NCBI GenBank assembly: GCA_040381535.1
Contig: JBEIHF010000009.1
Coordinates: 6,389 to 70,388, forward strand
DNA: 64,000 nucleotides
Origin: Micavibrio sp.
GTDB lineage: Bacteria > Pseudomonadota > Alphaproteobacteria > Micavibrionales > Micavibrionaceae
Direction: 5' to 3'
Shown: one piece after another, positions 47,536 through 55,459 of the stretch
Numbering within the stretch: the stretch's first letter is position 1
Layout of the letters: the number at the start of each line of letters is the position of its first letter
The notes under the pieces: generated by a model
Databases searched by the model: none
What the model was told of the DNA's origin: nothing
The model's input: only the letters and a program-made list of their open reading frames with translations
Made by a program: the position numbers and the translations under genes

Positions 47536-48239
47536 TTAGATATTTTTTTGAGAACCACATCTTTTTGATATGGATCTATATTCCAGATCGCTTTGTCGTT
47601 GGGTGGCGGCTTTTGTGCTACTTTCCATTGTTGCATGAATTTTTCGCGGTAAATTCTGGCTGCATTTACATCGTCCATCAGAAAGACTAGCGGTTCGTTT
47701 AACCATAATATAATTGCCAGTTTATCTGCAAAAACGTAAAAAGGTATGGAAGAAAAGTCTTCCTTTTTCATCCATCTGTATTCTGCATATGAAGAAACTG
47801 GGAAAAAGAAGTCGTTTTCGCAAATCAGGATTTTGTAACTTATTTTTAACCCGATCATACGATCCCAATGCAATTGCAGAGATTGTGCATCCATGTTTTT
47901 GATGAAGTCACGTTCATCTACGTTACCAACTAGCACTTCGTTGTTTTTGCTGTTGCGAACATTTTCGTAAATCAAATTATAAAACTGCTTGAGTTGTTCC
48001 ATTCCCTGGAAAATACGAATGGCCTGACGTTTTTCTTGTACGCCTCGGTCCGATAAGAATTCAATTCCCGCGGTTTCAAATGTTTCGATAATTTTTTGAA
48101 GTGTACCTTGTCCTGGAATTTGTTTTCCGAGTTCTATATTCGCAATGGTAGGAACAGCGAGTCCCGTGCGTTCTGCTAGGTCTGTTTGGCTCCAGTTTTT
48201 AAGGGCGCGCGCCGCGCGTATTTGGTCAGCGGTTATCAT
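47517..48239 (-). CDS. XRE-family HTH transcriptional regulator with uncharacterised C-terminal domain
   Basis: MITADQIRAARALKNWSQTDLAERTGLAVPTIANIELGKQ is a classic HTH_3/XRE domain. It is followed by about 170 aa of unknown fold. The start is set at MITADQ (48239); the ORF opens at 48311. Confidence 0.75.
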   Translation of the reverse strand: MITADQIRAARALKNWSQTDLAERTGLAVPTIANIELGKQIPGQGTLQKIIETFETAGIEFLSDRGVQEKRQAIRIFQGMEQLKQFYNLIYENVRNSKNNEVLVGNVDERDFIKNMDAQSLQLHWDRMIGLKISYKILICENDFFFPVSSYAEYRWMKKEDFSSIPFYVFADKLAIILWLNEPLVFLMDDVNAARIYREKFMQQWKVAQKPPPNDKAIWNIDPYQKDVVLKKISKKKGRK

Positions 48240-48293
48240 GTCCTTGAATATATAGGCATTATTAGTGTTAGGGCTATAAATAATAAAATATAG

Positions 48294-48321
48294 TTGACAA
48301 AAACCTGACATTCATTATAAA
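48294..48321 (+). promoter_or_regulatory. Near-consensus sigma70-type promoter for the 48358 ORF
   Basis: TTGACA (48294-48299), 16-nt spacer, TATAAA (48316-48321). The complementary TTGTCA could serve as the -35 for the divergent XRE gene. Confidence 0.5.
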
Positions 48322-48323
48322 TC

Positions 48324-48337
48324 ATATTATATAATAT
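48324..48337. promoter_or_regulatory. Perfect 14-bp palindrome, candidate operator
   Basis: ATATTAT/ATAATAT lies immediately downstream of the -10 element, between the divergent XRE and orphan genes. Confidence 0.4.
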
Positions 48338-48357
48338 ATTTTATATTAGGTTTTGAT

Positions 48358-48687
48358 ATGCCGCCGAAGCTGAAAACCAAATCTAACGTCCAGCGTCCTT
48401 TTTGGCTGGATGTAGAAAATATGCTTAATTCACAGGTTCTTACCGATGGTGATGATGGGCATTTGAAAGGTACTATGACAGGGGAAAGCTGGAAAAACTT
48501 CCTGATTGAACTGCGTGCAGAAATATTGTGCAAACTGGAAAATTACGGAACAGGCGCATACAGCTTTCAAGGTTCTCATCTGGGCAACTTCAGGGCCGAC
48601 AAGAAAAAGATCGAACGCATTTATCTCCGTAGTCTTGCAGTTTTGTATAGAGACGCGGAAAAAGCCTATAAAAACATATCCGGATAA
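48358..48687 (+). CDS. Hypothetical protein (orphan, 109 aa)
   Basis: The ORF has coding-like codon usage. It lies downstream of the strong promoter and palindrome and is followed by a terminator. I recognise no family. Confidence 0.5.
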   Translation: MPPKLKTKSNVQRPFWLDVENMLNSQVLTDGDDGHLKGTMTGESWKNFLIELRAEILCKLENYGTGAYSFQGSHLGNFRADKKKIERIYLRSLAVLYRDAEKAYKNISG

Positions 48688-48721
48688 ACGGATAGTAATA
48701 GAGGTCTTACCACCACACTCT

Positions 48722-48756
48722 AAAAGGCCGCACGGTTTAAGCCCTGCGGCCTTTTT
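48722..48756 (+). terminator. Rho-independent terminator
   Basis: AAGGCCGCA (48724-48732) / TGCGGCCTT (48745-48753), a 12-nt loop, then a T-run. Confidence 0.7.
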
Positions 48757-48797
48757 GGATGGCTTGCCGTTCTGAAGGCGATATCGCATAATGGGCC

Positions 48798-49487
48798 ATG
48801 GCCCGAACCCCGAGCAGCAATCCATCTAACCAGAACCGCGCGGCGCGGGCGCCGATGTCGAAAGAATCCCGATTCATCGGCTATCTGGTTTTGGGTTTTG
48901 GCGTGCTCGCCATCATTACGGTTTTGATACTGGCTTTTGGCGGCGGCGAAAAAACAGAGAAAAAGAACACGAAAAAAGAAACTCCCGTACAGGAAGTGGT
49001 AAAATTGGCGCCGGAATTGCTGCCGGCCGCACCTGCGCCTGTGGTGAAAAAGGTAGAACCTCTCAAGGAAGAACTGTTGTTCAAACGCAATCCTAATTTC
49101 GATGCAGCTAAGATGAACGGTGAATGGCAGGCCGCGATAGGCGATTACACGGCTGTTCTGCAGGTGGACAAGAATGTGTATCAGGTAATTTTGGCAGGCG
49201 AGAACGAGCAAGTGGCCAGAATATATTCTTCAGGCACGTTCAAGGTGATGGAAGACATAGTCATGCTGACGCCGCAAAAGAACTGGCCTCAGCCAGCGAC
49301 CGAGTCGAAAGAGATAAAATACCGCAAATTGACTACTGCTGCTTTTCCCGTGGTCGCCTATTTTAATGACGATGAGATGATCTGGCAAAACCCGCCGAGA
49401 TCCGAAAAACGTGTGCTGACACCGCGCAAATCGCCATTGCTTCTGTCACAGGATCAAGAAGCTATTCTCTGGAAGAGATTGAAATAA
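48798..49487 (+). CDS. Single-pass membrane protein, hypothetical
   Basis: 229 aa: basic N-terminus, TM segment FIGYLVLGFGVLAIITVLILAF, a Pro/Lys linker, then a globular domain. The stop lies 1 nt before mutM. Confidence 0.6.
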   Translation: MARTPSSNPSNQNRAARAPMSKESRFIGYLVLGFGVLAIITVLILAFGGGEKTEKKNTKKETPVQEVVKLAPELLPAAPAPVVKKVEPLKEELLFKRNPNFDAAKMNGEWQAAIGDYTAVLQVDKNVYQVILAGENEQVARIYSSGTFKVMEDIVMLTPQKNWPQPATESKEIKYRKLTTAAFPVVAYFNDDEMIWQNPPRSEKRVLTPRKSPLLLSQDQEAILWKRLK

Positions 49488-49488
49488 A

Positions 49489-50328
49489 ATGCCTGAACTT
49501 CCCGAAGTTGAAACGGTGCGTCTGGGCCTTGAACCCTTCATGACGGGCAAGAAAGTGCACAAGATCACCACACATCGTGAAGGTTTGCGTGTTCCTTTTC
49601 CGAAGGGTCTTGCCGCATTACAGGGCCGTAGGATCGATAAACTCACACGCCGTGCCAAATATCTGCTCGTGCATATGGGTTCCGATATTCTGGTCATTCA
49701 TCTGGGCATGTCGGGGCGTATCACGGCTATGGCAGATTTGAAAAAGTACAAACGTGCGAAGCACGATCATTTTATCCTTAATCTGGAAGGGGATAGCGGC
49801 ATCGTGTTCAACGATCCGCGCCGTTTCGGAATCGTATTGATGCTCGCGGAAAAAGATTTGGAGCAAAACGAAGCCTTCAAATCGCTCGGTCCCGAACCGC
49901 TTTCGAAAGAATTTACAGGCAAGGTTTTGCAATCGCGGTTAAAGGGCAAGAAAGTGCCGATCAAAATCGCATTGCTGGATCAGCGCGTCGTGGCGGGTAT
50001 CGGCAATATCTATGACTGCGAGGCCTTGTTCGGCGCGGGGATCGCGCCGCAGCGTCTGGCGGGCGATCTGTCCGCCAAGGAATGCGATGTTTTGGTAAAG
50101 TGTATCAAGGACGTTTTGGCCAAGGCCATTAAGGCGGGCGGCAGCAGTTTAAAAGATTACCGGAAAGCCGACGGGGAACTTGGCTATTTTCAGTATGGCT
50201 TCAAGGTGTACGATCGGGAAGGGGAGGCTTGTTCGCGTTGCGCGACCGTGATTAAAAAGGCCCCTTTAATACAGCGTATTACACAAGGGGCCCGCTCGAC
50301 GTTTTTCTGCGCGCGGTGCCAAAAATAA
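49489..50328 (+). CDS. mutM: Formamidopyrimidine-DNA glycosylase
   Basis: MPELPEVETVR N-terminus, H2TH region, and a C-terminal zinc finger CSRC...CARCQ. Confidence 0.95.
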   Translation: MPELPEVETVRLGLEPFMTGKKVHKITTHREGLRVPFPKGLAALQGRRIDKLTRRAKYLLVHMGSDILVIHLGMSGRITAMADLKKYKRAKHDHFILNLEGDSGIVFNDPRRFGIVLMLAEKDLEQNEAFKSLGPEPLSKEFTGKVLQSRLKGKKVPIKIALLDQRVVAGIGNIYDCEALFGAGIAPQRLAGDLSAKECDVLVKCIKDVLAKAIKAGGSSLKDYRKADGELGYFQYGFKVYDREGEACSRCATVIKKAPLIQRITQGARSTFFCARCQK

Positions 50329-50336
50329 ATATTGGA

Positions 50337-50856
50337 ATGAAATCCATAAATTTTTAAAAAAAATTGGGCAAAGTTACGTAGAAAGGAAACGCATTGTTTC
50401 TCATACTAATTGCTGTCTCCTTGTTTGCCGCCCTTTCCTATGTTTTTCTCTATAGCACCCGTAGCTGCAGCGGTTCCGTGGAAGACGAGAAAGCGCAACT
50501 ACTAGAAGTCGGCCAACCTAGAGAATTATACTACGGCTGTTCAAACCGCTATTCTCCGCCTAAAAATCGCGCGTAATATCGAGGCGGGCAGCATCTACCT
50601 TGATAAGGATTTCTACACCAGAAATGACGGATCTCCGGCACCGCCGCCTTCGGGCATCCCCAGCATCGCCTACAGTTTCGCATCCAGAACCATTGCGTTG
50701 AATTTTTATGGCTCCGCGTTAGGCGCTACATCGAGTTCCAATGTGCAAGGTGATTTAAAGAACGGGGCGAGCGGTGTCGAAGGACATACCGCATGGTGCG
50801 CGTTAGACACGGATTTTCCGCGTTGCGTTTTTACGAGCGTTATTGAACAATATTGA
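50337..50856 (+). pseudogene. Decayed paralogue of the pilin-like protein at 62831-63562
   Basis: In frame 0 the sequence reads MKSINF-TAA-KKLGKVT-TAG-KGNALFLILIAVSLFAALSYVF..., compared with QRGNAVVVILIAIALFSALAFTF in the intact gene. Coding-like sequence then continues in the +1 frame from about 50506 to TGA 50854-50856 (ANLENYTTAVQTAILRLKIARNIEAGSIYL...CVFTSVIEQY). Confidence 0.5.
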
Positions 50857-50870
50857 GGGCTTGTTAGGAC

Positions 50871-51269
50871 ATGGCCGCAGTGATAAAAAAAATCATGCTT
50901 AAACATTGTCTGATCATGGCCTTGGTTCTACTGGTTGCTGTTCCCGCGTTTGCCGAGGAAGTCGCCAAAACTCCCATCTTCTTCGAGGCCCTTTATGACG
51001 TGCCTGTCATGCCGGGGCTGGAGGAATTGAAGGATCAGGCCATGCTGTTCGATAAACCCGATGGGCGCATAGCCTCGGTATTGGCGGCCTCCAAAAACCT
51101 CAACGCTACGGAAATAAGCCGTTTTTACGCGGAATCGCTACCCCAACTGGGCTGGAAAAAAACGGCGGAAAATCAGTATGTTCGGGGGTCAGATACCCTA
51201 AAAATGGAGCTTTCGAAAAAACCACCTTTGACGGTGGTCCATTTCACCCTTTCTCCGGCCAATCGTTAA
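50871..51269 (+). CDS. Secreted protein, hypothetical
   Basis: 132 aa with signal peptide LIMALVLLVAVPAFA, followed by a globular domain. I recognise no family. Confidence 0.6.
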   Translation: MAAVIKKIMLKHCLIMALVLLVAVPAFAEEVAKTPIFFEALYDVPVMPGLEELKDQAMLFDKPDGRIASVLAASKNLNATEISRFYAESLPQLGWKKTAENQYVRGSDTLKMELSKKPPLTVVHFTLSPANR

Positions 51270-51332
51270 GGTTTTAGGGCGTTAATCTTTAACTTGACAG
51301 TTTGACCCCTAGACGCGTAAAACAGCCCATCC

Positions 51333-51341
51333 TGTGGATAA
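51333..51341. promoter_or_regulatory. Perfect consensus DnaA box
   Basis: TGTGGATAA (the complement of TTATCCACA), 76 nt upstream of the rpsT ATG. Confidence 0.6.
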
Positions 51342-51416
51342 ATGATGTATCCCGCCGCCCCGAAAACGGGCGTGAAAACAAGAATTTGAACGATTTAGAG
51401 ATAGAGAAAAAAGACC

Positions 51417-51683
51417 ATGGCAAATCACGCTTCTTCAAAGAAAAGAATTCGAACCAACGCGCGCAAGAATGAAATCAAGACCGCGCGCACGAGCCGTATC
51501 CGCACCTTCCTCAAAAGAGTTGAAGCTGCGATTGCCGGCGGCGATGCCAAAGCAGCCGAAGAAGCTTTCAAAGCGGTTCAGCCAGAGCTGGCACGTGGCG
51601 TAGCAAAAGATATCGTTCAGAAAAACACTGCGGCGCGCAAAATTTCGCGTCTGTCCGCACGCATCAAAGCGCTTAAGAACTAA
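51417..51683 (+). CDS. rpsT: 30S ribosomal protein S20
   Basis: [33 protein letters not shown]... is the typical S20 sequence. 88 aa. Confidence 0.95.
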   Translation: MANHASSKKRIRTNARKNEIKTARTSRIRTFLKRVEAAIAGGDAKAAEEAFKAVQPELARGVAKDIVQKNTAARKISRLSARIKALKN

Positions 51684-51846
51684 TTCCTGACATAGCCATC
51701 AGGCTATGTCTCACAATACTCCCTCATTACATTGAAATATGAATTGGTTGGCCGCAAGAAACTATCTCTTGCGGCTACAAAACTATTAGCGCACTCTGTC
51801 AATGGTTAAATTATTTCTTTTTTTGATGTTCCCCATTTTTTCCGCT

Positions 51847-52208
51847 TGTGGACTAAAAAAAATAGTTTTAGGGTCTGTGAATAAGCAATCAAAAAACCCC
51901 TGTGAACAACATAGGGATCTAGCTGAAGCGGTGGTGGTGTAGAACACATTCGTACCGTTCTCCGGCAGTATCAGAGGACCTAATCACTACCCCCGCATAG
52001 GGACAAGAGTTGGAGTTTAAAAAGGGGTTTTTAAAACCGTCGCTATACTTCCGTATAAGAGACAGTGTTTCGGGGACCAAACCTTGATATTTATCGCCGA
52101 TTTGAATAGATCTAACTGTAAAACACCATTTTTACAGAAGACATTTTCGCGTCTTCGATCTCTCACGCCGGCTTGGTTTGAATAATTAGTTACCAATTTT
52201 GTGGAGAT
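51847..52208. promoter_or_regulatory. Cluster of DnaA-box-like 9-mers upstream of dnaA
   Basis: TGTGGACTA 51847-51855 (7/9), TGTGAATAA 51876-51884 (8/9), TGTGAACAA 51901-51909 (7/9), TGTGGAGAT 52200-52208 (7/9). All share one orientation and sit next to an AT-rich tract at 51806-51870. Confidence 0.4.
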
Positions 52209-52217
52209 AATAAAAAT

Positions 52218-53645
52218 ATGTCTGAATTCTCGGGTCAATCAACCAACGTAAAGCCTTTTAAAACGGAATCCTTCGCGCCTACGCCTGAAGTGCTGGCTGC
52301 GTGGACGGCCGTCTATAAGGAACTGCGTGATGAGTTTGGTGAAGCCGTTTACCGCAGCTGGCTGAAGCCTCTGACCCTGCAGGCCTACTATCACGGTACG
52401 CTCGAAGTGTCCGTTCCCACGCGTTTTATGCGCGACTGGATTCAAACGCATTATTCCAAACGTATTCTGGAGATGGCCTCCACCAAATATGACGATATCA
52501 AACGCCTCGAAGTTGTGGTCGTGCAAAGCGCGCAGCAAGCTTCTGATGCCGCTGAAGATGAAAAGAAAGCCAAAGGCAACGATAACGGCACCAAAACCGT
52601 TACGATGGAAGACCCCTTTGATTTGGCTTCTCCGCTTGATGCCCGTTACTCGTTCGATTCTTTTATCGTTGGCAAACCCAATGCACTCGCACACGCCGCT
52701 GCCCGCCGCGTGGTCGAAAGCGCCTCCGTTCCCTTCAACCCACTCTTTATATATGGCGGCGTCGGTCTTGGAAAAACCCACCTGATGCATGCCATCGCTT
52801 GGGCGCTGAAAGAACAGAACCCCAACAAGCGCGTGATGTATTTATCAGCCGAAAAATTTATGTACCAGTTCGTGCGAGCAATACGCTCCAACGACACGAT
52901 GGCGTTCAAGGAATTCTTCCGCTCGGTAGACGTACTGATGATCGATGACATCCAGTTCATTTCCGGCAAGGAATCTACCCAAGAAGAATTCTTCCATACT
53001 TTCAACGCGCTGGTCGATCAAAACAAGCAAATTATCATCTCTGCCGATAAGGCACCGTCGGATCTGATGGGTATAGATGAACGCCTTCGTTCTCGTCTCG
53101 CATGGGGTTTGGTGGCGGACATTCAACCGTCTACCTATGAATTGCGCCTTGGCATTTTGCAGGCAAAACGCAAGCAATTAAACGCTAATGTGCCCGAGCC
53201 GGTTCTTGAATTCCTCGCACTCAAAGTCACCAGCAACATCCGCGAACTCGAAGGCGCATTGAACCGCATCGTCGCGCATTCCGATGTAGCCAAACAAGCG
53301 ATCACGTTGGAATCCACGCAAGAAGTCCTGCAGGATTTGTTGCGCTCACATGACCGCCGCATCACCATCGACGAGATACAACGCAAAGTGGCTGAACACT
53401 ACAATATTCGTCTGGCCGACATGCACTCCGCACGCCGTTCACGCAATGTTGCGCGTCCCCGTCAGGTTGCGATGTTCCTTGCCAAACAATTGACTGCACG
53501 CAGCTTGCCCGAAATCGGACGCAAATTTGGTGGACGCGACCACACGACCGTTATGCACGCTGTGCGCAAAGTCGAAGAGCTGGTCGTTGAGGATGTGTCG
53601 TTCGCACAGGACGTAGAAGTCATCAAACGCGCCCTTACCGGCTGA
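52218..53645 (+). CDS. dnaA: Chromosomal replication initiator protein DnaA
   Basis: Walker A GGVGLGKTHL, box VII and the sensor region, and the C-terminal DNA-binding domain (RPRQVAMFLAKQLT...GGRDHTTVMHA). Confidence 0.97.
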   Translation: MSEFSGQSTNVKPFKTESFAPTPEVLAAWTAVYKELRDEFGEAVYRSWLKPLTLQAYYHGTLEVSVPTRFMRDWIQTHYSKRILEMASTKYDDIKRLEVVVVQSAQQASDAAEDEKKAKGNDNGTKTVTMEDPFDLASPLDARYSFDSFIVGKPNALAHAAARRVVESASVPFNPLFIYGGVGLGKTHLMHAIAWALKEQNPNKRVMYLSAEKFMYQFVRAIRSNDTMAFKEFFRSVDVLMIDDIQFISGKESTQEEFFHTFNALVDQNKQIIISADKAPSDLMGIDERLRSRLAWGLVADIQPSTYELRLGILQAKRKQLNANVPEPVLEFLALKVTSNIRELEGALNRIVAHSDVAKQAITLESTQEVLQDLLRSHDRRITIDEIQRKVAEHYNIRLADMHSARRSRNVARPRQVAMFLAKQLTARSLPEIGRKFGGRDHTTVMHAVRKVEELVVEDVSFAQDVEVIKRALTG

Positions 53646-53669
53646 TGTGCTTGCTGCAAAAGGAAAAAG

Positions 53670-53698
53670 AAAAAGGGCCGCTTATGGGCCCTTTTTTG
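53670..53698. terminator. Bidirectional Rho-independent terminator
   Basis: AAAAA-GGGCC-GCTTATG-GGCCC-TTTTTT between convergent dnaA and the 53703 gene. Confidence 0.8.
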
Positions 53699-53702
53699 TG
53701 TC

Positions 53703-54572
53703 TTACATGATGATTAATTGCTGTGACTGTATAGTCTGAACAGGTTTTGGTTCTTTGGATGAATTTAATATCTGTTGCAAGAAGCAATGGTTTTCTACGA
53801 TGCCCAGATCATCGAGCAAGCAAGAAAAACCTAGATAGAATTTCCATGCCGGCACCTGTTTCAAATCGCGTTCGATGCGCGCAATATCATTTTCGTCGCG
53901 GGAAAATTGCAATACCCATTCGCGAATATGCGTGAGCATGGCTTCGGGGTGATAGCCAAGCAGAACCGCTTTGCCGTTTGCGCCCACAGGCACGCCGATC
54001 CCCATGGTGATAGGCTGGTCGGTTGACGGGGTCTTAAGTGTCACCAGTCTTTGCGCGTTGTGGGTGGAATGAGATAAATCGAAATGAGGGCCACCCCAAT
54101 AAAGCGCGGGGAAATCAATGCCGTATTTTTCGTGATGAAACATGGCGACCTGCGCGGAATTGCTAAGGCCCGTATACAGAGCAGGCGCGATAGGCAATGA
54201 ACCGCGCGCCACACCATTAAAGAATCCAAATCCGTCACTGGTTTTATGGACGTCCTTCCCCAGAAAATCGATCTGGGATGCGCCTGCATAAGCGCCTTTA
54301 CAGATTCCGAGATAGGCTTTATGGGAGGCGAAATCACGGATGGCTTCACGGCCGTACAAAGTAAGTTTTTCTTTAAGCAAAGTAAATTCACCGCCACCAA
54401 AAACCAGAAGACTCCCGTCTTTTTGCCATGGCGCATTCGGTGTGTTCAGATCCTGTTGACCCAATGTTTTAATGGGGATTCCGTGCTGATACAGCGCCAT
54501 CGAAAACATAAACCGCAGAATTTTGGCGTTCATCTGCGATGCGCCATAGCCATTGTAAATATAGACCGTCAT
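53703..54572 (-). CDS. BPL_N / class-I glutamine-amidotransferase-like protein, divergent paralogue
   Basis: 289 aa. It aligns with the upstream paralogue: VYIYNGYGA, LLVFGGGEFTL, AYLGICKGAYAGASQIDF, ALYWGGPHF, GKAVLLGYHPE. Confidence 0.6.
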   Translation of the reverse strand: MTVYIYNGYGASQMNAKILRFMFSMALYQHGIPIKTLGQQDLNTPNAPWQKDGSLLVFGGGEFTLLKEKLTLYGREAIRDFASHKAYLGICKGAYAGASQIDFLGKDVHKTSDGFGFFNGVARGSLPIAPALYTGLSNSAQVAMFHHEKYGIDFPALYWGGPHFDLSHSTHNAQRLVTLKTPSTDQPITMGIGVPVGANGKAVLLGYHPEAMLTHIREWVLQFSRDENDIARIERDLKQVPAWKFYLGFSCLLDDLGIVENHCFLQQILNSSKEPKPVQTIQSQQLIIM

Positions 54573-54573
54573 T

Positions 54574-55281
54574 TTATTCTTTCACGCTAAGGAGAAATTT
54601 TTTCCAGTTGAAGGGTGGAGCGTAACGGAGTTTGTCTGCAAGTTCCAAAGCTATTTGTTTTTCGGAATCGTCATTCGGAGGGTAGTTTTTCAGGTTTTTT
54701 GCGGTTACCTCGAAATGCACGCCGCTCAATATTGCCGCACCTTTACCGACCTTCTGGCGCACGATGGCAGGCAGGTTCAGGCCATCGTAATGCCCAATGG
54801 TATCCGCGCCGCTTTGAAAATATGGCCCCCCGAAATATAAGACGGGAATGCCATTTACTTTTGTTATCGCCGTGCTCGATAAATGATTGTTATACGGTGC
54901 GGCGAGGCCAGGGATAGAGCCGATCGCGGTGCCTTGTATAAAAGCAAGTTCTCGCGGTTGGCAAATTTCATCTTCCCGGCCTTTGTGAAACTCGATGGTA
55001 GAAGAGCCGTAATAAGCGCCCCCGCAAATGCCCAGATATATGCCGCCCTTTTCGACAAAGGCGCGGATATTGGCATTGCCAATACCGTTCAATTTGCGGC
55101 AATACGGAAGGTCTGGGCCACCCGGCATGACAAAAACATCCGCGCTTTGGAATATATCGTTTTGCTGAACAGTTTTAGCGTCCGCAAGCGTGACATGGTC
55201 GTTTTGAAAAAATTCCTGCAGGCAGACCAGGCCGAAGTCCCAGACCCCTTCATCTTGATATATGACAATATTTTGCGCCAT
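54574..55281 (-). CDS. BPL_N domain protein (biotin-protein-ligase N-terminal-like, GATase1 fold)
   Basis: 235 aa. VFVMPGGPDLPYCRKLNG...IRAFVEKGGIYLGICGGAYYGS...FGGPYF...ILSGVHFE matches my recollection of the PF09825 pattern. No biotin-ligase catalytic domain is attached. Confidence 0.65.
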   Translation of the reverse strand: MAQNIVIYQDEGVWDFGLVCLQEFFQNDHVTLADAKTVQQNDIFQSADVFVMPGGPDLPYCRKLNGIGNANIRAFVEKGGIYLGICGGAYYGSSTIEFHKGREDEICQPRELAFIQGTAIGSIPGLAAPYNNHLSSTAITKVNGIPVLYFGGPYFQSGADTIGHYDGLNLPAIVRQKVGKGAAILSGVHFEVTAKNLKNYPPNDDSEKQIALELADKLRYAPPFNWKKFLLSVKE

Positions 55282-55371
55282 GGCAGGGGGACATTACGAG
55301 ATAGGAAAACGCATGTCCAGAGAGGGGTAAAAATGCCCTGTAGAACATGGTAAAAACCCCTTGAAAACCGC

Positions 55372-55399
55372 TTGGCAGGGCCGTTTGCCGTGCTATAGT
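55372..55399 (+). promoter_or_regulatory. Candidate sigma70-type promoter for dnaN
   Basis: TTGGCA (55372-55377), 16-nt spacer, TATAGT (55394-55399), 60 nt before the dnaN ATG. Confidence 0.4.
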
Positions 55400-55459
55400 C
55401 GAATCACTCACACAAATACGATATGTAATTGCTGAACGCCCCTTGGGAAGGTTATTTTT

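Noticed and set aside
51893-52032. Long-range AAAAACCCC/GGGGTTTTT pairing as a discrete ncRNA upstream of dnaA
   Set aside because: There is no promoter or terminator evidence and the interior folds poorly by eye. I tested it as a tRNA and it failed. It is kept only as a note inside the dnaA-upstream finding.
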